From Tubulanus polymorphus (lineage: Eukaryota; Animalia; Nemertea): a stretch of DNA of 64,000 nt. The stretch covers positions 5,364,485-5,428,484 of the forward strand of contig NC_134027.1 of the NCBI RefSeq assembly GCF_964204645.1. The letters are read 5' to 3'. The translations under genes were made by a program, and so were the position numbers. Numbering within the stretch: the stretch's first letter is position 1; each line of letters starts with the position of its first letter. The notes beneath the pieces were generated by a model that was given only the letters and a program-made list of their open reading frames with translations, searched no databases and was not told the origin of the DNA. Below, piece after piece: positions 33,305-46,934 of the stretch.

Positions 33305-35125
33305 TTTAACAACACTAAATGTCACTGATAATTGTTATACATATTTCATCTATATTTCGTATTTCTTTATTGTTTATGTCTCCATCTTATTACTCATTGT
33401 CCTCTGAGACTGTTTGTCTGTGTCAGAATGTGTTTATTGTTGTTTGTCTCACTGTCATGTCACTACTCGTCACCTTTGTTTTTGTATCATTTTCCATGTC
33501 TCAACCTGTCTGAATCTGTGTTATATAAATAGCTATGTGTAAAAATAAAGTCAGTTCCAGTTTTGGTATTCCAAACTGATAGTTCGCTCGTTACTCTTTC
33601 GCTCTGTTCCGGATTTCCGACGTCGACCATTCTTCGAGAATAGGACTGAAAATAGCGTTGCTAAATTGGTGGAGAACCCGGGCAAGTTTTATATTCAACT
33701 GCCCGTATAAGATCCTGGTACCGCGCTCTCAACAGCTAGTTTTCCCCATCACGATGAATATTCTACCACCGGCAGTCGTAGTAACCCTTCAAGAGGCTGG
33801 ATACCACCAGGCACCTCAGAATTGGACTATTAATGCCGAGGAAGGATGTATCAAAGTTTCACTGGCATGGACAGTCCAGTCATCGAAGCCATCGAAAGCG
33901 GTGAAATCGAAGTCTACTCTGAATCGGGACCGTAGACGTATGCAGGAATTCCTGAACCGAAGGATGCTGAAAACAGAAGTTCCGAAGTCAACGAAATCAG
34001 ATAACGCTACCATGGACACAGCGGTCATGACTGTCAACGCGACTCATGATATAAGATCTCAGACAGTTGAGGACGTCATAACTACCGCTGAAATAAAGAA
34101 ATTGGAAGAAACTTCGCAGAAACTTTCAGGTGAACTTGTCGATTTGAAGGTCAATTTAGAATCAAAAGAAAGAACTATTATTGGACAACAAAAAGAAATC
34201 TTTGGACTACAATCAAAATTGGATAAATTAAAAATGCGAAATTATCCTTGTCATTGCGCTAAAGATCCGAAAAACTCTCAAGCATGCGAAGATACATTAA
34301 CTGATATCGGTGATCTTTACGAAGCAGACCAACCGAAAATCATGGCTGCAAAACGATCAGGAATATTATATGAGGTCCGGGTGCAAGATCCAATCTCGAG
34401 AAAATACGCTGATTTCTTTGTGCACTGGGGACAATCATTATCATCAGTTTTCTATGACATTTTGAACAGATACGATTTGGATATAAAATCATTCACCTAT
34501 CGCGAACCAGATTCCAAAAATAAATGCTTGGACATTGATCGAAATACTTCATTGTGCTCGTTACATGAATCAGGAATCATCAAACACTTATGGGATAAAA
34601 AGGGTAGAAATATAGTTTGGTTAGGAATGAGATTTTGATTAGCTTGTGAATGATCAATACTTTTAATTTGTATAAAAATATTGTTCTCAAATTGATAATT
34701 CTTCATTAAATTCATTTCATCTAATTTTCGGGGACGAAAACTTTCAGAACGTAGTGGGGGAGGATTTAACAACACTAAATGTCACTGATAATTGTTATAC
34801 ATATTTCATCTATATTTCGTATTTCTTTATTGTTTATGTCTCCATCTTATTACTCATTGTCCTCTGAGACTGTTTGTCTGTGTCAGAATGTGTTTATTGT
34901 TGTTTGTCTCACTGTCATGTCACTACTCGTCACCTTTGTTTTTGTATCATTTTCCATGTCTCAACCTGTCTGAATCTGTGTTATATAAATAGCTATGTGT
35001 AAAAATAAAGTCAGTTCCAGTTTTGGTATTCCAAACTGATAGTTCGCTCGTTACTCTTTCGCTCTGTTCCGGATTTCCGACGTCGACCATTCTTCGAGAA
35101 TAGGACAGAAAATAGCGTTGCTAAA
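33305..35125 (+). mobile_element. Non-autonomous LTR retroelement, 1821 bp, with two 361-bp LTRs
   Basis: LTRs at 33305-33665 and 34765-35125 differ at one position by eye (33647 t vs 35107 a). TSD TTAG is at 33301-33304 and 35126-35129. PBS TGGTGGAGAACCCGGGCA is at 33667-33684 and PPT AGTGGGGGAGGA at 34753-34764. Each LTR contains TATATAAA and AATAAA. Confidence 0.95.
33754..34638 (+). CDS. Intronless 294-aa orphan ORF inside the LTR element (basic helix, coiled coil, possible beta-grasp C-terminus)
   Basis: First ATG is at 33754 in good context (ACGATGA). The ORF fills about 80% of the 1.1-kb internal region. No RT, RNase H, integrase, protease or CCHC knuckle motif is visible. Confidence 0.75.
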   Translation: MNILPPAVVVTLQEAGYHQAPQNWTINAEEGCIKVSLAWTVQSSKPSKAVKSKSTLNRDRRRMQEFLNRRMLKTEVPKSTKSDNATMDTAVMTVNATHDIRSQTVEDVITTAEIKKLEETSQKLSGELVDLKVNLESKERTIIGQQKEIFGLQSKLDKLKMRNYPCHCAKDPKNSQACEDTLTDIGDLYEADQPKIMAAKRSGILYEVRVQDPISRKYADFFVHWGQSLSSVFYDILNRYDLDIKSFTYREPDSKNKCLDIDRNTSLCSLHESGIIKHLWDKKGRNIVWLGMRF

Positions 35126-38100
35126 TTAGTAGCAATAGGTTATCATAAAATTCAATTCTACAAATATTAAGAGATATGTCATGAACTGCGAGTTGGGCTG
35201 AAAGATGACGTCAAACTGAATAGAATCTGCCAAAATACTCAGTTTCAGTGTTCAGCCAAAAAAAAAATTTTATCTTGAATCGCTGCCAAATTCTTTGGGT
35301 CGCAATAGAAAATCAGGACTCGACCCAAAGAGTCTCATTCAATGAGAACCAGCCAGGCTATTATCAAGACTATTGCGCAACTTCCGAACATGATAGCATG
35401 TGACAACACCTCAAATTTTAATTTGAGTAAATTAAATCGCATGATTTTAGAAAAACTGTCAACATCCTGATGGATTTGTGCATTTGCCAGAAATCATTGC
35501 CGGGAACAATTCGTTACTGAGTCAAAGTCTAGTTTTTTTTTTTAATTTTGGCATAGACCACGCATGGCTGAAAAGTTATTGTGAAATTTCATCCGAACAA
35601 AAGGTGTTCAATAGTATGAAAATTAAACGCCGACTAAGAATAGTTCATTTATCACAAATGACCATGTTTACCTGGCACAACAACGGTAGTCAACTCATTT
35701 TCATAGTCCCGAGATATTTAAATATGCTAAATTTATACATATTTCCACGTAAAGCTAAATAAATCAAGGTTTATTAACTTGTATTATTTAGTCAGTGTTT
35801 TAAAGCTGAACAGCACTTGTTGAAAATACAATCAATATATAAAATAAATTACATGAAAAATTATTGCGTTTCAATTCTTAAAATCTTTGTCGTATGTGTT
35901 TTTATCTGGTAAATATTCATAATCGGATTCAAACAAAGTCATTAGATCAACGGATTCTAAAAATAAAGCTCTTTGTCCTGTCGGTTCAATGAAGTGACCG
36001 ACATTTATCAGAATTACCAATAATGATATTTGCATTGATCTAAAAATGTCATCAGGATTCAATATTCAGTATACATGTACTGGTCAGTTAGTGACCTAAT
36101 AACCTACTCCCATGCATCTGAAAGAAATGATACAAAACGGCTTTTGGAAAAGCTTGACCTGAGAAAAAATTGACAAGGTTTCGCTGTCAATTGTTAGCTG
36201 CCAATCAACAACGTTCCAAATGATAAGAATAAATGCTTAGTCATTGTGTATATACGTAATAGATCTTTCATATTATATATTTTAGATGAAGAGATCGCTA
36301 TCCTCCATCAAGACGCAATAAAACTCTTAAAAATCTCACATATTTTTTATCATAAAACGAGCTCAACACAATGGATATATTTTTTCAGGCAGCTGAAACA
36401 AAGGGTTTGAATGTTATTATCATTTTCCAGTGTGACCGACGTCACAATAAGACCTAAAGCAGACAGCTGGTGTCTATTTATATGTAATAATTGGGCAGTA
36501 GCCAGCAGACTTCGTCGTTTCTAGAAACAGCTATAGACTTTGTACCGAGGAATTCCCCATTCCAAATAACGTTAACGTTCTAAAAGAATAACCGGCGAAC
36601 TCGAAACGATATAATTATTTGGGCTTAAATAAAACTTCAAGATATTCGTCGTCGACTAGTATGCCAGTTATGTTTCTAACCTTGTAGTGTGATCCAAAAT
36701 ATCTAACACTTAACACAGAACACATGATTTAGACTAATTGGATTAAATGATAAAAAACACAATCATTTTAGATAGATAAAGCTTGCAGCATAGTTTCATA
36801 TTTTCAATTGATCTAAACTATCAGTCTGAATTTCTATATGCAATGCAATAATAGCGATATGGTTTAGATATATTTTAGATTATTTACGTATAAGCACTGC
36901 GAGGAATAATGGTACTACTTTCTTTTCAAGTGCCAATAGTGACACGATTTAATTTCCCGTCTGTCCAGGGTTCAAAAAAGCTATATATAGACACTATGTG
37001 GAACACTATTTCATCATTCTATTTGAGTAAGTTTCCTAGCAAATCATCAACAAAAGTAAACAATCCCAACTGCACGATATTGAGGGTCACATATCATGCG
37101 GTTCCCATGTTTGTGCTCGGTTTCTATGAAATCCTTGTGAGAACATCGACTCCTAAATTGATTTAACATTAACTGAAATAATGGAGAAATTAAATCGGAT
37201 TTTAAAATTAAACTTGTTTGTCGAACTGGGCCCTGAATAGAACTTATCAGACATTTTAAACATATGGATCGCGCGAACAGAAAAATATTGATAGTATTTT
37301 GAGAACAATCCCAAGATACCAAATTGATCATTCATTGATGATTGACTGAATGATGCTCTTTAATTGACTATGATTAATCTTTTTTGTATCCATAAAAACT
37401 TGTTTGCAATATCTTTTTGTATGAACGTAAATCTCTTATATATTACAAAACAACATAAAAAATAGACAATCACACGAAACCAAACCATCAATATTTTACC
37501 AAGCATTTTACATATTGCTTCCTCTTCGAACAACATGAAAGAAAAAAATATTTTGTTTTTCTATCAGCTTGAGTCAGATTTAACGTCTCTAGGATTAAGC
37601 CATACATTAAAATTGAACTCAGAGAAGTCGACCCACAAAGATAAACGAGCTTGTGATAGAAATCACAGCCATAAAGAGTCTATTATTTGTTTAAGATGAC
37701 CTCAGGGACAAATGCGGGTTTCAACTCGTTGAAATCTTGGGCCACGTCATTAGATGAGTAGACACCCCTGGATTATTGCTACGTTCGTATCCTGTTTCGA
37801 CCACTTCTGGATCTCAGCCAACTATAGGCGCGCGCCAAAATAATTAATAGCAGCACTTTTTTCTTGAATATTGCGGTTTAAATCGTGAGCACTATAACAA
37901 TATCCCCGGGATCGTAACTGGGCCATAAGTGTATTGACATTCTCAGTTTTTTTTGTCGCGTAATTACTCAATAATTGTTATATTTTCAGAGTCGCCCGAT
38001 GTTTGACAGGGTGCCAAGATTGAGGTGGAGTGATAGTCTGGATTGTTTTGATTACTAGCATTGACAACAATAATGCGAGGTTTATTGATGGGATATGTAA

Positions 38101-40020
38101 AGGCACATCATATCCGGCTATGAGTGAATACAACAAAATATGGACGGCGCGATTCGAAAACATTTCACAACAAACAGCATTTTGAGAACTAACATTTCAA
38201 ACAATTGTTATCCAGTGAAAACTTCAGATGTAAAAATACTATATAAATCATACTTCCTAAGTATTATATATCATTAGTTACTATCATAGTATTTATCATA
38301 CGTCAATTATAGATATTTGCATGCAATTAATTGGATTATTTTTAGGTATGATTTTCCTGGTAAATCGTACAAATACAGATGTTCTAAAGCCGTAAGCTGA
38401 AATTGCATGCAGTTTGTAACTAAGCGGCTTTTATGATATTCACATCATTAACGTCATTCTATTGTGCACAGCAGTGACATCTAATAAAGAATGATTTTAC
38501 ACTCCTTTTAAAAATCAATCAATTCTTTTCATTTCCAATGATTTTCTGATCAGAAATGATAACGCGAATCAAAATAACAAATCCTAATTCTGAAATCCAA
38601 TTTTTAACGCAACTATTGCCACATACTCCGCAGATGATTTCGGCAATCAATTCTTTCAAAAGTATATAATATTCAATGAAGATTACCCTGACTATTCGAC
38701 AACTTGGACAATGCAACGGGTTTTTCTACTTTACGTGAACAATGTCAAATTAAATATTGCACGACGATTACAAAAAATTATACGGATGTTATCTGAATTT
38801 TATTTGAAGGCTTTGAATCGAGAAAGTGATTCACGCGCCATAGATAATGTGTATTGAAGGCGCACATATCACACTCTCCCTACTGGTGAGCCATCGAAAA
38901 CAAGTTTTTGATAAAAAGCATGCGGGCACGATCCTCCGTTGTGGTGTCGCGTGCCAGACAACATTTATATTCAATAGTTGACAAAACACTCAAAGATCTT
39001 TGAGCAAATAAGAAAAATCAACGCAATTGGACCCTATTCTAAGATTAGTCGCAATAAAGTAGTTTCACTAGATTTTTTTTTATCTCATCAACTACTGTCA
39101 GCACGTGCGAGTCCTTATAAGGACGGCGACCAAATAGATTACTGGTGTCGTGACAAAATTGGCGCAAGTTCAACTTGCTCTTAAAAATATCTTTTCATCC
39201 TCGATATAATCGATAGAAATTAAGATGGGCGCCACCTTTCATGATCATGCATTTCGAATTGAAAAGAACAACATCGAAAAAATACCATCAATTTCGTAAT
39301 ATTCGGAAACGAACAAAGATTGATATAGTTGTGAAAATATAGAAAAAAAGAAAATCTTTTTGTAGCACACAATCTTTGGTGCGAATCATAACCTTTCGTA
39401 TAGAATGTTTATGAGATAAAAAGTTAAGGGTGCCATTGTAATGGGAGTAGGCCAGGTCACCTGTCAAAATAACAAGTACACTGGTCAACGAGTTGCAAAG
39501 TCTACACGCAGAAAAAAACATATTTTAATAAAAACTAAAAAATGAAATTTAATCTTATTCTATGAAAGGCGATCAGTATTGATGGGTAAATAAACGGTAA
39601 TAAGAGGATTGAAAATAAAGGCAATGATCAATTTGCAAACAAATTTAGCATCAAAAACACCTGATACTTGACTAAAGTTTATTCAGTAAATAATGTCGGA
39701 ACGTCAATATCCTATTAATGATTAATTTTCAAATGACATAGGACCAAAGCATCACATGTCACTAGATAGAGGAACAGCACGGTCACATTTCAATAACAAT
39801 AGAAAATGTGAAAAAATAACTACCGGTTTATTGATGTATCGGAAATGTGTTTTTCGTTTATCAGGAAGATGTGAATAGCAACAATTTATCAATGCAACAA
39901 TTATCAATTCCTCCAAGTACAATCTTATCAACATCGATAAATTAGCCGAGAACATAAAAACTGGTCTTCATAAAAAAAAAAAAACAATTTTCATTGCATC
40001 TATCATAATTCATTATTTGA

Positions 40021-40272
40021 GCTCCTCAAAAGATTTTGTAACAGGGGGCACCACTTATTTGACTTGCTTTTTCCCAATTTTTCCCTGACATGTAGGTTGT
40101 TTTCTCTGACTCGATCTGCTAAGAATCTAATCAATTTACACAGACAAATACGTAAGACATCGATGGAAACTGTTTGATTTTACACGCAATCTAATAATCT
40201 CAACAAATTTCCGACTTTTAGCTTTTTTTCTACAAAATTCCCTGAATACCAGGTAAGTGGTTGGCAGCCAGC
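40021..40272. mobile_element. Degraded MITE related to 7003-7163
   Basis: Shares several blocks with 7003-7163 in reverse complement. Confidence 0.5.
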
Positions 40273-41020
40273 GTAAGTAACAGCCGGCTGAACTGCTAGT
40301 GTAATTTTCCACGGCTATTTCATAAATGATTCTAACATGTTTTTTCTATTCATGTGACGCGTGAAATGCGAAGTCGGACAAAAATATAGTTCCGGAAAAA
40401 CCTGAATGATAAATATAGAATTTCAATAGCAGCGGTCTATATACAAAACACGTGTCAGGACAATATTATGTGAAAAATGAATCATTGAGTCAGAACGAAG
40501 TTCATCTAGTGTGCTTAAATCAATTCAAATATTTTAGAGGAAAACGAATGATGTCGGATAATGTGAACATACATCGCTCCATTTGCACATACGTAGTGAC
40601 ATCTGCTGCTCTGTTTACCAGCAGCAAAAATAATCCAATATCCGAAGAGTTTACCGGTATCACCAGTCGCTGCACACCGACAATACACAATAACAGAATT
40701 AAAACCGAAAAATCAAATTGCTCAAAAATTCATATTTCAGCGGTTGCCAACATGTGGGTTACTCTCTGTTACATGGCGCATAGGAATTGCAACGTAAAAC
40801 TTCATCTCCAAATCTTAGCTTTGAATTCAGTTATTTACGTATATATGCGTTAAATTTGACTACTTTGAATAGTATCGAAAGCAAAAAATTGATATAATGC
40901 GTAGGCGTACGTTGAATGATTAATACGTGATTAAATTCTACTGATAACTTCAATGAGATAAAAACAGATGAATCATTCCTAGTATTTATAAACGATGAAC
41001 ACAGATACACGTGATAGAAT

Positions 41021-44000
41021 TTAGTGTTTTTGAAAAATATGGTACGTACCAGTAAGAGATTTTTTGCACGTTTCTATTTCTTCGAGTGAGCAAGCGCATA
41101 TCTTTCCGCTTGATGTCAAAATTGGTTGGGTACTCATCACAATGCATATCATGGATCTGATTTCAAGTCCCAAAACCATTTGAATATCGTAAAACCCATC
41201 TCTTTTACCAGGCAGAATTGATTCAATTGTCGACTGATCTAACTGGAATAAATAAACGTGTAATGCAATAAAAACCTAGGCCTAGTATCTCTCCTGTCAC
41301 TGTGTCATAAATACTAGGGATCCAGGGACACCATGCCCACTTGGTGACATGCTTGACAATCCGACAATTTAAAAATTCAACACCCCCTGTGAACATACTG
41401 ATATACAGAACCCAATGACCTTGAAACTTGCCGAAACCATACAACATGTCTTAAGCTACAGCTTTGTAATAGAACAGAAGGATGAAAAGTGAATGCAACA
41501 GACCACTGGGACTAAAGATCCAAGTCGGCTGAAAATTGTTTGAAGAATGTAAAAAAATATATATCTTATGTAATTTTGAGTTTTTTGGAATAATTGCAAT
41601 ATGGTGTGACAAAAGCACATATCATACATGATTCATAACTAAAGAAATACATTCATACTTGTCATTGAGACGTCCTTTAACCAATCTGGCACTAACATTT
41701 AATTGTTCAATCATTCGCAAAAAAAATTCACCCAAGCTTGGTTATATAATATAAAAGAATAAATAAATATTAAAACATACATAACGACTGAAATTACATT
41801 ATCAATGAAGTTCATGAAAATAATAATTTGAGCTTATACAAGAAAGGTTATTTACCTGTACTTTAACCAGATTTTCCTTTCCTAAGGATAGGTATATAGC
41901 CAATTGATATATCGTCGATGTAGCCACATACGCCTTACAATCATCGCAATAGGCCAGCCTATAATCCAAAACACTAGTTTACAGTGCATATCTGTACCAT
42001 AAGGATTGTAAAATTTCACCGATGAAACACCAACGCTGGTTACGCGTCGTATATTACTGATTACCGATTACTGATTAAGAAAAACACCACAAACCTTTCA
42101 TTCTCATTCAAAGTTATCCGGTCCGATTTGCAAATCAAGCATGTTGGCCAAGAACAGGAATCTTCTTCATCGACATCTTCTATCAGACCTTTAAAATGTG
42201 ATATAAATGAAATAGTTGATCGAAACCTCATCATAGGCTGCAATTTAGTCAATCTTAAAACGTCTGATATTTTGAATTCATTCAAAGAGATCTTCACCTG
42301 TTATTTGAATAATATCGTTCTTAATTACTGCAGGATGCCAGTCGATCAGGTTCTCATATAGATTAACTCTTTTATCAGGTTTTGGTTCCTCCGAAACAAA
42401 CGAGAATCCGTCCAACAAAGTAAACCCTAAAATAGAGAAACTACTTATTAACAGTAGTTCAGGCAAGGGCTACATTAGACCCTTTGTACAGAAGATACCA
42501 ACTCCTCTTAACTCAAATTCTTTCAAATAAAAATATATCTTAACTCAATGACAAATCTCAGAACCATGAATGAACCTCTGAATGCAACAGCATTTGAATT
42601 TAACTCTATCTCTATTTTCTACCTCTATTTCCTTACTCGAACAAACAAATATCATGGGTCCTAATTGATTCGACTTAGGCGACTGTAATGTGCCTGTTTA
42701 TTCAAATATGGTATACCTTTCTCTTTGAGCCATGCATGTTTAACGTGTAGGAATGAACCTTTTTCTAATATCCTGACCAATGTATGAGATGAACACACAG
42801 AATTCATATGTACTTTGACGTAAGGAGCTGTATTGTCCAATTTATTGTCAACAAGGTATAGTATTATTTCATCAGTTATCTGCAAATGAAATATCTCATA
42901 TTCGATGCTCACAATTTCTTAACTGAAGAGTTCACGAAATTTATATAGTGATTAAATGGCACGCCTGTTTTAATGATACTAAAAGTTTACCTACCTTATC
43001 ATGAAGTACGTGTAATAAATAACACCAGAAGCAGATTCTTCGCGATTCTGAAGTTTTCTCCTGTAAAAAGGAATAAATGAAGGTAAATTGCTATACACTA
43101 TGGATTAATGTTTTACCAAAGTTATGAAATCTTACCTTCAAAATTGAATTAAGTGTGATTGTAAGGCCAACTGTATACAGATCTGAAGTTTTGTGCACTT
43201 CAGTGATGTTTCCCATGGACACAGTCAATATATAACAGAAATCAACAGGTTTACTGGTACTAGTTTCAAATGGTTCTTGAGACTATGGAAAAAATAAATA
43301 CCCGGTAGAGAGTTCAAATAATCATTATATCCATTAACGAATGTACAGTTTCATGTATACATCATGATGTATTCAATATTCCATCAACTGTTTTCAGATT
43401 TACACTAAATCCATCTGAAGACAAAAATCTTGTTCACTCTTTTATGGTTCACTCTTTTATGAATATCTAATTATGAAATTTCATTGAAATCCATAAGATT
43501 TCTCACAAAATGATTAAAATTTATGTTTTTTTACAAAATTACCTGTTGTGAGGAAGGATGCAACTTGATTTTACTGGGGTCCCATATTGAGTCAATCACA
43601 GAAAACAAGGCAGGATTTCTGAAAATAAAAAAACAATTTACGGTAATGCAAAAATACTTAGAAATCTGATCAATCAGTCATTCTTGGATATGTATGAAAT
43701 ATAGAGATAATGATATGTTGTGGTTCATAAGCCCATCGGTATGAATTACAATTATGATCAATATTAATGTCCTTGTTTCCCACCTGTAGGGATAAAGTTT
43801 TCTATCAAATACGTGTGTTCAAGTTTAAACACACAAATTTTAAGGGTACTTAGTAGCATCATAACTAGCTGTACTGACAATAATTTCCGATAATGCCAGA
43901 TATAACAAATTTAGTGGTACAATAGGCAGACGGTATTATCAATCAATTTATAATGCACCGGAATTAAACAATTGTTGAATGAAACTTCATTATTCCAGCT

Positions 44001-46934
44001 TACTTAGCACGGTTTGTCCTCATTTGTACTTGCATTGCTTGAAATAGACAAACAGACCCTTCCAAACTGGTTAAAGCGCCAGATCCATCAGACAAAAAAA
44101 TTTCAGCAAAACCTCCATAACAATCATTTAGCAGTAGTGACCATCTGTTAGTGGTAAAAAATATTGAATCAATACGAGACAACTTATCTCAATATGAAGG
44201 CAATTCGGAAATAACTAGGACATTTTTTGAAACACATACACAAGCCATAGGCGACAACTGACGCATGAGGACTTTTTGAACTCCAAAATTCCCATGTGTT
44301 AGTTCCCCATTGCATTTTGGATATCTTGTATCTAGGGCCAATAGCTAAATCTTGTCAGGACAACTTTCTGAACATCGACACCGTTCCTCAGTTATGAGAT
44401 CATCGTCAAGGTCATTTTGCTGAGAAAAATAGTTTTTAGTGCCTAATTCTGTTGCTAGGTGGAGCACTGAGCCCATTCTTTGCACTGCACAGCTAGACCC
44501 CCATACCAACATTGGACCAAAGTTTCATCAAGATCGACCCACTATAAACGAAGCTAAGTTGCTGAAAGACAAACACACAGACAAACGGTATGAAAATGAA
44601 GGTCTTGTAGCAGAAGCCTGGGAAGCAATAACCATTGAACAGTACATACCCTTGGTTACTTTTTTTACATAATCTCTGGACTGTAGCTGTAAAATTGATT
44701 GAAATACTGCTACTGAATTGGCTTGCATTCTCTATCGCATGTAAAATGTTGAATTTATTTTTTCCTTGAGCGGATAACACACTTTTCAGATGTCCTAATT
44801 CTTCACTGATCGTTCCAATACAATCCGACTTAATTCTACCCTGAAAATAAAAGTTAATATAATGTTTAATGATTAATATATTCTGTGGGATATTTTCAGG
44901 CTTTTGATCATTTCAGTTTATTCAAGCAGTTGATGATAAATACTCACAGTTTTTATTTCCACAAAGTGAACATCTATTATCATTCCAGCTGGATTGTTAT
45001 GGGCAGGACAAGTTATATGCTTAATGTTGACATCTAAAAAAAAGAGACAGGAAAAGCCATTTCACAGCTGTATTGACTAGTCATAATACATGTAGAAGCC
45101 AGACACTCATTAATAACAGATTCTAATGAATAAATTTACAAAAAAATCCTCTAAAAATGTGTCAACCAGCGTGTATATCACGGAATTCAGTAGGTACCTT
45201 GACGACAGTGACACGTGAATTTCATCCGTTTCAGACAGTTTCCAGGCCTTTCCAATTTCATTGTTCGATAAATATCTATGTCCTGAATCTTGGTACAGTG
45301 ATCCGTACATAAGACTATATGTCTATCTTTGCTCACTTCAAGCTTTTGCCTAAAAATACGCATGTACCATATATGCTGATTCTGCGGTTTTGGATACATA
45401 TTTCTAGTTTATCGAAACTTATCATCAATATGAGATGGATAGTGCTTTATAGGTTAACTAGTTCATTTGAAGTGTGAGCTTTCGCTTCTAGTGAATAGTA
45501 GATTCATCATTCTCCTTGAAGCTATTACACTAGTAGCGCAAGCTCGTACTTCAAATAAACTAGTTAACCTATTAAGTACCATCCATCTGACTGTATTCAT
45601 TCTAAACCGGGTTAACACGGCTCCTCCATTAAACTTACCACGGTGGATTGATAGCAATGACTGATCCCTGTTGTATGTTCAAATCAACAACTCTCTTCCT
45701 TTTAAATAAGACAATCATAGATTGATCATCGGTTACATATTTTTCATCACTCGGTGGGGATAATTTTGTGCAACGGGTTTGAATCAATGGACTCTTCGCA
45801 TTAATCTCTTCAACTCGGACGATCAAAATCCTACCGCTGTCTGAAAAAAGTTCGCTAGCCTTAAGATTAAAATCTGACATTTTGAATCAACATATTGAAG
45901 CTATATTTGAATTGATGTTTACCTATACTTTGACTATTTGATTTGCACTGGTCAGTTTGACTGCTTGATTTCTGATGTAACCAGAATCTCAATTCAGCAG
46001 TTTCTCTTTTCTCCAAGGTTTTAAGTTGATCAGCAAAACCTCCTCTGAAAGGTAATATGAACAGAAATAGGAAGTATATTCAATTATTGCGGTTTTATCA
46101 GCTGTTTTGATGGATTGTGTGGAACATCCAGGATACTCACTGCTTATATTTTTGTTTCACTTTTTTATTCGCTGAATCATGCAAATGAGTTGCATTATAA
46201 TTCTCTTTCTCCGGTGTACAGCTGACTGACATCTGTTGGACCCAATCACTTCCCTTCGTTCCTGTATTTGCGACGTGCTCATTCTGTCTGAAGTTTCTAG
46301 TTGGAGATTGTGAATCAATGCTGTAACTATCATGAGAGCTTTCATCCTAAAAAGGGAAAAACTTTTCATATCAACGACATGAAATTGTTATAATCAAGTG
46401 GCTAAAACATGCTGGATCTTTAATTCATTACCACACTTAATTTGAAATCACTGGTTTTTAATAGCAATTCATCTGATACTCTATCAGGTTGGCCTTGAGG
46501 ACATGAATTTGATTCAGGAGAAGTTTGATGTATTGGAGATGATTGCGTTTCTATTTCAGCTGAAGATACAGCAGTTCCATCAAATACTGGAGACATACAA
46601 GACATTGCTGGTTCTTCAGACTCATCGGTGTCAGTCTCATTTTCTGAACTCCACAGGATTTTCATTTCATCGTCAACATTTGGATCTGTCAAATCAAAAA
46701 TAGAGAGGCTTAAGCATTGCCATTGAAATGTGTGGTAAAAATAGAGACCTCAAATCTCTAAGGCGAACTAAATCGCTTACTTTGCCATAATGAGTCAAAA
46801 CCTTCTTTCGCTCGGTCCCAATCACAGAGCTTCTTATTCATCCGATTTTTGGCGTAAGAACAGTAAGTCTTCCTTTTCGCTGATTTCCCAGCAGGTGAAA
46901 CATTAAAAACTATATGCTCACTTTCCTCAGTCAT
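41021..46934 (-). CDS. SPIDR: Scaffold protein involved in DNA repair (SPIDR/KIAA0146), multi-exon; both ends approximate
   Basis: N-terminal WDRAKEGF. Central MIVLFKRKRVVDLNIQQGSVIAINPPW. C-terminal OB/zinc region IEDVDEEDSCSWPTCLICK...YCDDCK...LVKVQ|LDQSTIESIL...YDIQMVLGLEI resembles the vertebrate SPIDR end. Confidence 0.78.
41313..41535 (-). mobile_element. Short copy of the HINE family seen at 8403-9656
   Basis: actagggatccagggacaccatgcccacttgg and gggactaaagatccaagtcggctgaaaa match the reverse complement of the 3' and 5' ends of the 8403-9656 element. Confidence 0.75.

Noticed and set aside
33658-33753. 32-codon N-terminal extension of the LTR ORF in the ORF track
   Set aside because: It starts at a TTG inside the LTR and runs through the PBS. 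The first ATG is at 33754.
33319-34992. Duplicated hydrophobic 64-66 aa ORFs (33319/34779 and 33332/34792)
   Set aside because: They lie in the T-rich U3 part of the two LTRs. Their identity reflects LTR duplication, and nothing supports coding.
40452-40853. 133-aa ORF downstream of SPIDR
   Set aside because: It has a GTG start, no recognisable domain or exon context, and is compatible with chance.
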